This document shows, piece after piece, positions 24,837-33,987 of a stretch of 64,000 nt of DNA (position 1 is its first letter; every line of letters starts with the position of its first letter). The position numbers and the translations under genes were made by a program. The notes beneath the pieces are model-generated. The model did not search any database. It was not told where the DNA came from and was given only the letters and a program-made list of their open reading frames with translations. This DNA is from Candidatus Parcubacteria bacterium. Its GTDB lineage: Bacteria; Patescibacteriota; Minisyncoccia; Phycocordibacterales; PALSA-1337. The stretch covers positions 14,442 through 78,441 of the forward strand of contig JAQBQT010000027.1 of the NCBI GenBank assembly GCA_028286835.1, written 5' to 3'.

Positions 24837-25826
24837 CTATATTTCGCACAGTGCGAGCCGTATGAGATGGTCCGCAAACTCGGGAAGCCCGCTGCCGACG
24901 GCGTGGAGCGACTTCGGAACAAGCGACTCCTCGGTCAGCCCGGGAAGCGTATTGGTCTCGAGGACGTAGATCCCCCTGCGCGGATGGATGATAAAATCTG
25001 TGCGCGAATAATGGCGCAGCCCGAGGACTGTGTGGACCTTAGCAGCGAGGACCTCGATGGATTTCTTTAGCTCCTGCGAAAATGTAGCTGGTACGATCTC
25101 CTCTGACTCCCCTTCGTATTTCGCCTTGAAGTCAAAGAAGGAATTTTTCGGGCGTATCTCGACAGGAGGCAAGGCATACAGATCCTGTCCACGGAAATTC
25201 TCGATAATGCCGCAGGTGGATTCGATACCTGAGATGAATTCCTCGACAAGGATAGAATGCCCATGAAGAGCTGCCTCCCGGAGGGCTGGTTCGATGTCGG
25301 CATGCTTCCTCACGATAGAAACGCCCACTGATGAGCCGCTCACGGCAGGCTTGATGACCGCGGGCAGGACGAATGTCTCGAATAATTCTTGAGCGGTGGC
25401 CGCAGCCTTCTCTCCCTGCACGTCCTCGGACAAGACCTCCTTCCAGTACGGCGACTTGATGCCGTGCTTCGCAAGAACCTGCTTGGTCAGGATCTTATTC
25501 ATGCCCAATGCGGACGCGAGCGAGTCCGAGCCGGTGAATGGGATGCCGTGCGCCTCGAGGATGGATTGCAGCTTGCCGTCTTCCCCGTACGCGCCATGAA
25601 GCGCGTTGAAAGCGACGTCGAATCTGACGCGCGCGTCTTCGGGATCTATCCGTATGCCGTCAGCATGCCATTCCCCTGCGCGATCTATGAGGACGTCATG
25701 GATGCGATAGCGTTCGTCGGCGCGCGATCGGAGTGCGGCGAGGATGGCACCGCCGCTTTTGAGCGATACGTCGTATTCGGAGCTCGGCCCTCCGCGAAGG
25801 ACCCCGACCCGTATGAGATGGGACAT
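24837..25826 (-). CDS. ddl: D-alanine--D-alanine ligase
   Basis: The N-terminus RVGVLRGGPSSEYDVSLKSG matches the Ddl GG(R/P)S(A/S)EHEVSL region. The ATP-grasp body is present. The product is 329 aa. Confidence 0.85.
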   Translation of the reverse strand: MSHLIRVGVLRGGPSSEYDVSLKSGGAILAALRSRADERYRIHDVLIDRAGEWHADGIRIDPEDARVRFDVAFNALHGAYGEDGKLQSILEAHGIPFTGSDSLASALGMNKILTKQVLAKHGIKSPYWKEVLSEDVQGEKAAATAQELFETFVLPAVIKPAVSGSSVGVSIVRKHADIEPALREAALHGHSILVEEFISGIESTCGIIENFRGQDLYALPPVEIRPKNSFFDFKAKYEGESEEIVPATFSQELKKSIEVLAAKVHTVLGLRHYSRTDFIIHPRRGIYVLETNTLPGLTEESLVPKSLHAVGSGLPEFADHLIRLALCEI

Positions 25827-25909
25827 GTAGATATTATAACAAGAAAGTACGGATTGATGGTATCTCCTTGTTGCATTGTATTTTAGCCTGGAGTAGTCTT
25901 TTGCCAGAC

Positions 25910-26665
25910 ATGAAAACTACATATAAAGGACTCAGGGCCCTTACTCCAGCTGAGCGACTCATAGTTTCGGCTGATTTCTCACCACATACAACAACTCAGG
26001 AAATTAGAGGCGAGGTTCTTAAACTGGCCGATCTTCTTTCTAACACCGGAGTGTGTATTAAAATAAATTCCGCGCTGAGATCCTGCGGCTATAGTCTTAT
26101 TAGTGAAATCAAAGCTCGGAACCTTAGGGTCTTTGCGGATTTGAAGCTTTATGACATTGGAACTACGCTAATCGCAGACGCAAACTTCCTTCAAGACATG
26201 GAACCAGACATGCTTACGATTTCCGCTCACGTAAATATGACGTGGCTCGTGCCAATGTTAAAGATAGAACTGCCTCGTACTGAAATACTTGGAGTGACAG
26301 TTTTGACAGAAACAACCCACCGGGAATGCTTCAGTATTTACAATCGGTCTGTTGATATGGCCGTTGCGGCTCTGGCCCGGCGAGCTTCAGAGGGAGGCCT
26401 ACATGGAATCGTCTGTTCCCCCATGGAGGCTTCCAGGGCGAGGAGTTATATTAAAAAATCAATGAGCATTAATACTCCTGCAGTGCGTCCGCTCTGGTCC
26501 ACATTGAAGGATGACAATCAGAATTCTCGACGTATTGATACTCCTCAGGGAGCTATTCAAAAAGGAGCAAACAGGATTATTGTAGGTCGCCCTATCATTG
26601 AGTCCGTCGATCGTTATGGCGCCGTAATGCGCACTATCGACGAAATAGCTTCAGCCCTGTCTTAG
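25910..26665 (+). CDS. pyrF: orotidine 5'-phosphate decarboxylase
   Basis: LIVSADF (the LIVALD-type motif) and DLKLYDIGTT (the D-x-K-x-x-D catalytic motif) are present. The start was chosen at the internal Met MKTTYKGL; the ORF track opens at 25868. Confidence 0.8.
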   Translation: MKTTYKGLRALTPAERLIVSADFSPHTTTQEIRGEVLKLADLLSNTGVCIKINSALRSCGYSLISEIKARNLRVFADLKLYDIGTTLIADANFLQDMEPDMLTISAHVNMTWLVPMLKIELPRTEILGVTVLTETTHRECFSIYNRSVDMAVAALARRASEGGLHGIVCSPMEASRARSYIKKSMSINTPAVRPLWSTLKDDNQNSRRIDTPQGAIQKGANRIIVGRPIIESVDRYGAVMRTIDEIASALS

Positions 26666-26687
26666 GCCCTAAAGCAAACTAGTGCAA

Positions 26688-26716
26688 CCCCTCCCTGTAT
26701 TGGTGAGGGGATTTTT
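26688..26716 (+). terminator. rho-independent terminator after pyrF
   Basis: The stem CCCCTC/GAGGGG with an 11-nt loop is followed by TTTTT. It lies between the convergent pyrF and uvrC genes. Confidence 0.5.
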
Positions 26717-26727
26717 GTTTAAACAAA

Positions 26728-27966
26728 TCAAGAGAGAAGTCGCTTATTCCTTCTTTGTCTATGATACGCAATTGCAAACCTGTGCGCCTCCGCATTGAGC
26801 GCGATGATCTCAGCTTTGTATGGTTCGGTCAGATCTGGATTGCCGACGAGCCTGTCTGCAACGTGCCGCTCATTCTTGGTCACGCCGACGACGGGGATCG
26901 CGATGCGCCGCGCCTTGAGCACATTCTCGGCATGCTTTGCCTGGGTCTCGTTACCGTCGACTATGATGAGGTCTGGGTAGGGCCACTCAGGATGGTTGAG
27001 CCGGCGGAACAGTGTCTCGGTCAGGCCAGCGATGTCGTTGTTGGCATTGCGGGAGATCTTGAACTTGCGGTATTCCGCCGGTGCGAGCTGGCCATTCGTG
27101 GAGACGACCATGGCTCCCACGGTCTCCATGCCGCTCAGATGCGCAATGTCATATGCCTCCATTCGGAATGCGCGGCTGGCTCCGAACTTTCCGCTTTGGG
27201 AGATGTCCCGCTTGATGAGGGCCATGTCATTGATATGGTCGAGCGCGTGCAGGAGGTAGCGGATCTGCCCCGCTTCCTCGAACTGGAGCTCTTTTGCTGC
27301 TGCGTTCATCTGCTTCTCGAGTCTGCGGCGCAGGATCTTCTTCTTGCCCTCGAAGAACAGGATCAGATAGTTGATCGTGCGAAGGTACCGCTTTCGTGCA
27401 TCCTCGTCCGTGTCATGCGGCGAGTGGCCTATGGCGCGATAGAAAGCATCGTGGCGTTCGTCGAGGGATTTCTTGTCCCTGAATGGAAAGAGGCGGCGCA
27501 GGATCTTGAGGGCGACTTTGATGAGCCCTGATTCATGGTATGGGCCGAAGCGGCGCTTGATCTTGTATGGAGCTGTGCCCTCCTTCAGGGCCTGATCGAG
27601 ATCGCGGGCGCGGGCGAGGAATACGCGCGGCCACGGCTCGGCGGTGATGACGACGTACTGCGCGCTCTTGTCGTCCCGCTCGTCGACGTTATAGAAAGGC
27701 TGGTATCGCTTGATGAGCTCGGTCTCGAGGAGGATGGCTTCGAGGACGGAACCGGTGGGCTCCCAGGTGACCGTGTGCGCCTTCGTGACCATGTCCACGA
27801 TGCGCGGCCCGCGGGTCGCGATGAGGTCTGCGGCAAAATAGCTCCGGACGCGGTCCTTGAGCGATGTAGCCCGACCAATATACATGGGGCGCTTCTTGGC
27901 GTCCCTGAATGTGTACACGCCCGGCTCGTCAGGCATATTGAGTTTTGGGAGCTTTGTGGAGAGCAT
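26728..27966 (-). CDS. uvrC: excinuclease ABC subunit C, short form
   Basis: The N-terminal GIY-YIG domain is present (GVYTFRDAKKRPMYIGRATSLKDRVRSY). The UvrB-interaction region and the RNase H-like endonuclease domain are present. At 412 aa it lacks the C-terminal helix-hairpin-helix pair. Confidence 0.8.
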   Translation of the reverse strand: MLSTKLPKLNMPDEPGVYTFRDAKKRPMYIGRATSLKDRVRSYFAADLIATRGPRIVDMVTKAHTVTWEPTGSVLEAILLETELIKRYQPFYNVDERDDKSAQYVVITAEPWPRVFLARARDLDQALKEGTAPYKIKRRFGPYHESGLIKVALKILRRLFPFRDKKSLDERHDAFYRAIGHSPHDTDEDARKRYLRTINYLILFFEGKKKILRRRLEKQMNAAAKELQFEEAGQIRYLLHALDHINDMALIKRDISQSGKFGASRAFRMEAYDIAHLSGMETVGAMVVSTNGQLAPAEYRKFKISRNANNDIAGLTETLFRRLNHPEWPYPDLIIVDGNETQAKHAENVLKARRIAIPVVGVTKNERHVADRLVGNPDLTEPYKAEIIALNAEAHRFAIAYHRQRRNKRLLS

Positions 27967-28044
27967 AATATATTGACTTATAGCTAATAATAATACATAG
28001 TTCTTGTCAGAAATACAATTTAAATTGATTTTTTAAAATTTAAT

Positions 28045-28533
28045 ATGAAACATATATGCAAATCTCTAGCGGAAATTAGGTCAATTCTACCTTCAGGTAA
28101 AAGCTTCACCCTTGTAAGTGGATGCTTCGACCTCCTCCATGTTGGTCACCTTCACCTACTTGAGTACGCTTCTCGCCTCGAAAGCATGTTAGTTGTTGCT
28201 ATTCTCTCGGATAGATATATACAAGGTTACAAAAATAGTAGTAGACCTATCATACCCGAGAAGCAGCGTGCCATGTTGGTGACGAGCCTGCGTTGCGTGG
28301 ATGTTGTCTATATCTCTGATGTCAGCCCAAATGACGAAAGTACTTTGACTGCATTACGACCCACTAGCATTGTATTTGATGACAGCATTCGAAATTCAGA
28401 GAAAATGAAATTGCGACTGTCTCAAATTCAAAAATGGTTGCCGTGCACAAAAGTACACTTTCTTCCCCGGTATATGGACGAGTCCGTCTCGACAACTCAG
28501 ATAATCGATAGAATCCGAGGAATAGCCAAGTGA
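28045..28533 (+). CDS. cytidylyltransferase-fold nucleotidyltransferase, RfaE domain II / HldE adenylyltransferase-like
   Basis: The HxGH motif is present in GCFDLLHVGH, and the C-terminal STTQIIDRIR region is typical of RfaE-II/TagD-type enzymes. The gene lies in an AT-rich segment. Confidence 0.7.
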   Translation: MKHICKSLAEIRSILPSGKSFTLVSGCFDLLHVGHLHLLEYASRLESMLVVAILSDRYIQGYKNSSRPIIPEKQRAMLVTSLRCVDVVYISDVSPNDESTLTALRPTSIVFDDSIRNSEKMKLRLSQIQKWLPCTKVHFLPRYMDESVSTTQIIDRIRGIAK

Positions 28534-29172
28534 TTATTTTCCCAACAAAGCATCTGTTCTTTGTAGAAAAAAGTAGTCACGGATCGCATTGAAACATGAA
28601 TTATAAAACTTAGGATTAGATTCCTGTTTTATTTTATCCTGTTGTAGCTTTAGTCGCTTGAGTGCTTCACTAAATGACACCCAAGCCACATATGTTCCAA
28701 CACTCTTCTCATTGTCTGTGAGATCTGATTGCGCCTGAGATTCTGTACGAGCTACGTATCCATAGCTGATGGTATGCCTTCCGTCTCTGGAGCGGAAATC
28801 TTCTGTTTTCCCGAGAAACTGATCTATGCTGACGTGATAACCAATCTCCTCGAGGCATTCTCTTCGAAGTCCATTGATCACTGACTCTTCGGCGTCGATC
28901 CCCCCTCCAGGTAAAAGTAAAAGATCGTGCACGGCATTGCCAATGAGAGCTATTTCATTACGCTCATTAAATACGACCGCCTTTGCAGTTATGCGGTCTT
29001 GCCATTCTGTACGAGGCATAAGTGACAAATTTGCAAATACGTCATTGTCTCTAAGGAGAAATAATGTTTCGCTTTTTTCGTCATCAAAGCTTTCCATGGA
29101 ATGCAGTCTACCACAAAAATCCAAAGATATTAGAAAGGAAATATGAAGCCGAGAATAATAATCTGCAGGCAC
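28534..29172 (-). CDS. NUDIX hydrolase
   Basis: The NUDIX box is LPGGGIDAEESVINGLRRECLEEIGY. The likely start is the internal Met at about 29097 (MESFDD), which removes the overlap with the divergent gene. Confidence 0.75.
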   Translation of the reverse strand: MPADYYSRLHISFLISLDFCGRLHSMESFDDEKSETLFLLRDNDVFANLSLMPRTEWQDRITAKAVVFNERNEIALIGNAVHDLLLLPGGGIDAEESVINGLRRECLEEIGYHVSIDQFLGKTEDFRSRDGRHTISYGYVARTESQAQSDLTDNEKSVGTYVAWVSFSEALKRLKLQQDKIKQESNPKFYNSCFNAIRDYFFLQRTDALLGK

Positions 29173-29796
29173 GCAGAATCAATTGAGGACGTAGATAATA
29201 CTATTTACAGTATTCTGGATGACCTAGAAATACCTTTGACTGAGAACGGGCGCTCACAGGCGGCAAATCTCGGTAATATTCTAGCTCAGGTATTGAAGAA
29301 TTCGACCCGTGTGCAATTCTATACCTCTCCAGGCGTACGAAACGTGCAGACGCTTAAAGAAGTGATACCCAGATTACCAGATTCAATTGCAGTAAATGTT
29401 GAAGTAGAACCCCTTATTGTTAAACAATGTTGGGGTAAAATTGATCTCACTACTCGATCCTCCATAGAAGCTGAAAGATATCGGGTAGGTGTTCTTCGTT
29501 ATACTTTCCCACAAGGCGAAAGCGCATTAAGTTTGATATCTCGGCTCGAAATGTTCAAGAATAAGATACTTAGTCTTCACGAAGAAAAAAGATGTGACGT
29601 TGTAGTGTTGTCACACGGATTTGAATTTCGAGTATTGCTCAAACTTATTTTAGGATGGAGCGAAGAGCTGTTTGAATCCTACGGCAATCTGAACAACTGT
29701 GAATATAGAATTCTAACTCAAGTTGAGACCGGTAAATACGCACTTGATAGAGATCTTCGAATGCATGGTAATCCTATTACCCGACTCAAAAATTGA
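29143..29796 (+). CDS. histidine phosphatase superfamily protein (phosphoglycerate mutase-like)
   Basis: The RHG-type catalytic motif IICRHAES is at the N-terminus, and a later SHG motif (VVLSHGFEF) is present. The product is 217 aa. Confidence 0.7.
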   Translation: MKPRIIICRHAESIEDVDNTIYSILDDLEIPLTENGRSQAANLGNILAQVLKNSTRVQFYTSPGVRNVQTLKEVIPRLPDSIAVNVEVEPLIVKQCWGKIDLTTRSSIEAERYRVGVLRYTFPQGESALSLISRLEMFKNKILSLHEEKRCDVVVLSHGFEFRVLLKLILGWSEELFESYGNLNNCEYRILTQVETGKYALDRDLRMHGNPITRLKN

Positions 29797-29840
29797 AGCC
29801 AGTCGTAAGCCTGACACATTTAGTTGTCAGGCTTTTTTTA

Positions 29841-32501
29841 TTACCCCTTCTTCAGCACTTTTTTCAAATACTGTCCCGTATACGATTTCGGATTATTTGC
29901 AACGTCCTCTGGTGTTCCCTTCGCGACGAGCTTGCCGCCGCGCTCGCCGCCTTCAGGACCGATGTCGATGACATAGTCCGCGCTCTTGATGAGATCTAGG
30001 TTGTGCTCGATGACGACGACTGTATTGCCCTTGTCGACGAGCCTCTGGAGGATCTCGATGAGCTTGCTCACGTCTTCATAGTGGAGGCCGACAGTCGGTT
30101 CATCCAAGAGATAGATGGTCTTCTGGGTGTGCGAGCGATAGAGCTCTGACGATATCTTCACGCGCTGGGCCTCGCCGCCGGAAAGGGTCGTGGCTGACTG
30201 GCCGACCTTCACGTAGCTCAATCCCACTTCCTGCAGTGTTGACAGGCGGTCATGAATGGCCGGAATGTCCTCAAAGAATTTCAGGGCCTCTTCGATGGTC
30301 ATCTCCAGGATGTCATAGATGCTCTTCTTCTTGAACTTGATGTCGAGGGTCTCCTTGGTGAAGCGCTTGCCGTTGCAGACGTCGCAGGTCACATAGACGG
30401 TCGGAAGGAAATGCATCTCCACTGCGATCTCGCCGTTGCCTTCGCAGTTCTCGCAGCGTCCGCCCGGTCTATTGAACGAGAAGCGTCCTGGGCCCCAGCC
30501 TCGTGCGCGGGATTCAGGCTCGCTCGCGAACATGTCGCGGATGTGCGTCCATGCGCCGGTATATGTCGCTGGGTTCGAGCGTGGCGTGCGGCCGATCGGA
30601 GACTGATCGATGAGGATGGTGCGGCCCACATATTCAGTGCCCTTGAATTCCTTGGCATTGATGACCTCGTTGGAGCGGTTGCGGCTCTCGAACCTCGCCT
30701 GCAGGTTGCGATGGAGGATCTCGTACATGAATGAGGATTTGCCGGAGCCCGAAACGCCGGTGATGACGTTGAATACGCCGAGCGGTACGTCGGCATCCAT
30801 ATTCTTGATATTAAAAGCGTTGCCGCCGCGGATCAGGATCTTGCCCTTCGGCTCACGGCGCTTGGCCGGAGTCGGTATGACCTTCTCGCCGCGCAGGTAT
30901 GCCAGAGTGAGGGAGTCGGACGTATTCTTCTTGGCCGTGAGAAGCTCGTCGAGCCAGCCGGAGACGACCACGTTGCCGCCGTGGATGCCGGCACCTGGGC
31001 CGATATCGACGATATAGTCGGAAGCGTACATGGTGTCTTCGTCGTGCTCGACCACGAGAATGGTGTTGCCGAGGTCGCGCAGATGCAAGAGGGTCTTGAT
31101 GAGGCGGTCATTGTCGCGCTGATGGAGGCCGATGGTCGGTTCATCCAGAACATATAGAGCGCCCACAAGACCTGAACCGAGCTGTGATGCCAAGCGGATG
31201 CGCTGGGCTTCCCCGCCGGAGAGAGTGGATGCACGACGGTCTAGGGTCAGGTATTCGATACCAACGTTGACCATGAATGAGATGCGTGCGCCGATCTCTC
31301 TCAGGACGACCTTGGCGATCTCGCGTTCGGCTTCGGTGAGCTTGATGTCCTCGAAATACTTCACAGCCTTCTCGATGGATAACCCTACGACGTCCACGAT
31401 ATTCTTGTCGCCGATGCGCACGAAGAGGGCTTCGGGGCGTAAACGGGCACCTTTGCATTCCGGGCATGGCTTGTCGCTGAAGATGCTCTCTGTGCCGAGG
31501 CCGTTGCAGGTCGGACATGCTCCGTATGGCGAGTTGAAGGAGAACAGGCGCGGCTCGATCTCGGGATATGAGAAGCCATCATACGGACACATGAATTTGA
31601 CGGACATGAGCTTCTCGTCGCCTTCGCTTTCCTTGGCGCCCGGATATTCTATCTTGATAAGGCCGTCTGATTCCTGAATGGCGCGCTCCAACGCTTCGGA
31701 CAGGCGCTCGCGGGCGTCTTCCGCCTGCTTCTTGTCGCTGAATTCGCTGACGAAGAGCTCGTCCACCATGACGTCTATGTCATGCTTCTTGTTCTTCTCG
31801 AGGATGATCTGTTCGCGCAATCGGTGCGGGGTGCCGTCGACGCGGACGCGGTCATATCCCTTGCCGAGGAGGTCATAGAGGAGCTGGTAGTATTCGCCCT
31901 TGCGGCCGACGACGACCGGGGCCCAGACACGGACTTTGGCATCGGTTATATTCACGCCGAATACATTCTTAGCGCGGGTCGAGCGCTCGGTCACGGTCTT
32001 CAGAATGGTCTCAAGGATCTCTTCCTTGGAGATGCGGTTGATCTCGCGGCCGCAGATGAGGCAGTGCGGCTTGCCGACGCGCGCAAACAAGATACGCATA
32101 TAGTCGTATATCTCTGTGATCGTGGCCACCGTCGAACGTGGGTTGTTGGAGCGGGATTTCTGGTCGATGGCGATGGCCGGAGAGAGGCCGAGGATCTCAT
32201 CGACATCGGGTTTCTGCATCTTGTGCAGGAATTGGCGGGCATATGCGGACAATGACTCGACGTAGCGGCGCTGGCCTTCTGCGAAGATGGTATCGAATGC
32301 AAGCGATGATTTGCCGGAACCTGAAAGACCAGTGACCGCGATCATAGTATTTCGCGGCATTTCTACGCTGATGTTCTTGAGATTGTGCGTGCGTGCGCCT
32401 TTTACAATGATCTTATCGTCGCCATGAGCACCTGTGCGGGCGGAGTGGGTGGACTTTTTTGGAGTAGCTGACATGATTTCGGGAATATAGCACGATTTCA
32501 A
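29841..32501 (-). CDS. uvrA: excinuclease ABC subunit A
   Basis: Two ABC ATPase modules are present ([12 protein letters not shown] and [12 protein letters not shown]), along with zinc-finger CxxC pairs. The likely start is at about 32474 (MSATPKK). Confidence 0.9.
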   Translation of the reverse strand: MKSCYIPEIMSATPKKSTHSARTGAHGDDKIIVKGARTHNLKNISVEMPRNTMIAVTGLSGSGKSSLAFDTIFAEGQRRYVESLSAYARQFLHKMQKPDVDEILGLSPAIAIDQKSRSNNPRSTVATITEIYDYMRILFARVGKPHCLICGREINRISKEEILETILKTVTERSTRAKNVFGVNITDAKVRVWAPVVVGRKGEYYQLLYDLLGKGYDRVRVDGTPHRLREQIILEKNKKHDIDVMVDELFVSEFSDKKQAEDARERLSEALERAIQESDGLIKIEYPGAKESEGDEKLMSVKFMCPYDGFSYPEIEPRLFSFNSPYGACPTCNGLGTESIFSDKPCPECKGARLRPEALFVRIGDKNIVDVVGLSIEKAVKYFEDIKLTEAEREIAKVVLREIGARISFMVNVGIEYLTLDRRASTLSGGEAQRIRLASQLGSGLVGALYVLDEPTIGLHQRDNDRLIKTLLHLRDLGNTILVVEHDEDTMYASDYIVDIGPGAGIHGGNVVVSGWLDELLTAKKNTSDSLTLAYLRGEKVIPTPAKRREPKGKILIRGGNAFNIKNMDADVPLGVFNVITGVSGSGKSSFMYEILHRNLQARFESRNRSNEVINAKEFKGTEYVGRTILIDQSPIGRTPRSNPATYTGAWTHIRDMFASEPESRARGWGPGRFSFNRPGGRCENCEGNGEIAVEMHFLPTVYVTCDVCNGKRFTKETLDIKFKKKSIYDILEMTIEEALKFFEDIPAIHDRLSTLQEVGLSYVKVGQSATTLSGGEAQRVKISSELYRSHTQKTIYLLDEPTVGLHYEDVSKLIEILQRLVDKGNTVVVIEHNLDLIKSADYVIDIGPEGGERGGKLVAKGTPEDVANNPKSYTGQYLKKVLKKG

Positions 32502-32598
32502 GCTTATATCAAATATGACGGTCCATCTGCCGGGTTATGTCGCTTATAGCCAATAAAAATAACAGAAATCAAAGTAATGACTACGATGATTGAGGCGC

Positions 32599-33408
32599 CT
32601 ATCTGCACAACCCTCTCACTTCTTCGATGATCTGATCAAGAGAAACCGATGCTTTTACCAGGAATTTCTGGGCACCGAGGGATTTTGCGCGCTCTATATC
32701 GCTTTGTTTTGAAAGGTTGGAAAGGATCATGGCTGGAACATTCTTGAAGCGGTTATCCTCGCGGATCTTCTGAAGGATGTCGAAGCCGCTCATTCCGGGC
32801 AGGACGAGATCGAGCACCACTGCATCGGGCGCAAATGTCTTCAGGCCCTCTATCGCCTCATCTCCGCTTTTTGCATGGAAAATGTCGAAGCCGGACGATG
32901 TGAGCTTCTTCATGAGGATGTTGCCGATGAGCTTGTCGTCCTCGACCCAGAGGATCTTCTTTTTGGCCGAAGTATTGGCTGCTGCCTGTTTTTCCATATC
33001 AGCTGCGGTCTGATGGCCGAAGCATGCGTTGACTTTGCCGACGACTTCTTCGGGCGTGATATGCATCGAGATCAGGAATTCCTTGACGCTGCCATTCGGG
33101 ATGCGCGACATGGTGATGGGCTGTCCATCCGTCGACATGAGATAGAGCGGGATGCGCGTGAGGAGCGGCTCGGCATGCTTCTTCTCTACGACCGTGTAGC
33201 CGTCGCCGTCGGAGAGCGCCACATCAAGGATGATGAGGTGCGGCAGGTAGTCATAGATCGCCTTGAGGCCGTCAGCGCCATTCTTGAGCAGGAATACGTT
33301 CTCGTAGCCGTCTTTCTTGAGAGCGAGGTCGATCTGCGAGCCGAATGCTCCGTTGCTTTCGATGATGAGGATCTTCTCGGGTTTTGTGGAGAGAGATGCT
33401 GGGGGCAT
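32599..33408 (-). CDS. tandem-receiver (REC-REC) response regulator without an output domain
   Basis: Two CheY-like modules are present. The first is KILIIESNG...HLIILDVALSDGDG. The second is KILWVEDDKLIG...DAVVLDLVLPGMSGF...KFLVK. No DNA-binding or enzymatic domain is present. Confidence 0.75.
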   Translation of the reverse strand: MPPASLSTKPEKILIIESNGAFGSQIDLALKKDGYENVFLLKNGADGLKAIYDYLPHLIILDVALSDGDGYTVVEKKHAEPLLTRIPLYLMSTDGQPITMSRIPNGSVKEFLISMHITPEEVVGKVNACFGHQTAADMEKQAAANTSAKKKILWVEDDKLIGNILMKKLTSSGFDIFHAKSGDEAIEGLKTFAPDAVVLDLVLPGMSGFDILQKIREDNRFKNVPAMILSNLSKQSDIERAKSLGAQKFLVKASVSLDQIIEEVRGLCR

Positions 33409-33489
33409 ATGTGGAAGTATTATACATCATTATTTGACATTGGATATTCATATTGCCACTATGTGCTTAGATTCCTACTCTTTAAAACT

Positions 33490-33933
33490 ATGAAAAATAC
33501 TCTATCACTCAGGATTTTTGTCCTTTTGGTCTTCGCCTATGCTTTGCTGAATGTTGCTGGCGCCGGCAGAGCCATATTGTGCGTAACTATTGTCTTAATG
33601 GGCCTGACGGCTTTTTTGAACTTAAACGAATCAAGAGCAGATAAGAAAACAGAAAATTTGGCCGATTCCATACCTGATGGATCGAAAATCACCAAAAAAT
33701 ACGGAGGAAAGGAGGTTGAGGTCTATCTCTACAGCGGGATCAGGATCATTGGGAAAATAGCGGCACTTAATGACCAGCGCAGCATACCTGGCTACGTATT
33801 GATGAGGGATGCCAGGGTTGCTGTTGGGGATGAGGATAGCCAGGCGACAGAAAACGACGCACTAAAAGACGAGATCAATATTGAGGTAAGTCAGATAACC
33901 ATCGTCATATTCGGAGACATGGATAAAGTCTGA
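33490..33933 (+). CDS. small membrane protein, hypothetical
   Basis: The product begins MKNTLSLRIFVLLVFAYALLNVAG with two transmembrane helices, then a soluble ~90-aa domain (KEVEVYLYSGIRIIGKIAAL...). It is the only non-antisense part of the long 32875-33933 ORF. Confidence 0.5.
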   Translation: MKNTLSLRIFVLLVFAYALLNVAGAGRAILCVTIVLMGLTAFLNLNESRADKKTENLADSIPDGSKITKKYGGKEVEVYLYSGIRIIGKIAALNDQRSIPGYVLMRDARVAVGDEDSQATENDALKDEINIEVSQITIVIFGDMDKV

Positions 33934-33987
33934 AGAATGCATTCGTTCGCCAGCCAACCAGCAATGGTTGGCTTTTTTATTGAGAAC

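Noticed and set aside
27990-28044. A possible promoter in the AT-rich tract upstream of the nucleotidyltransferase gene (TTGACT at 27974).
   Set aside because: No convincingly spaced -10 hexamer could be placed. The AT-richness alone makes hexamer matches uninformative.
32875-33933. A 352-aa plus-strand ORF.
   Set aside because: The first ~600 nt are antisense to the REC-REC gene. Only the 3' portion from the Met at 33490 looks like a real gene, and that portion is annotated separately.
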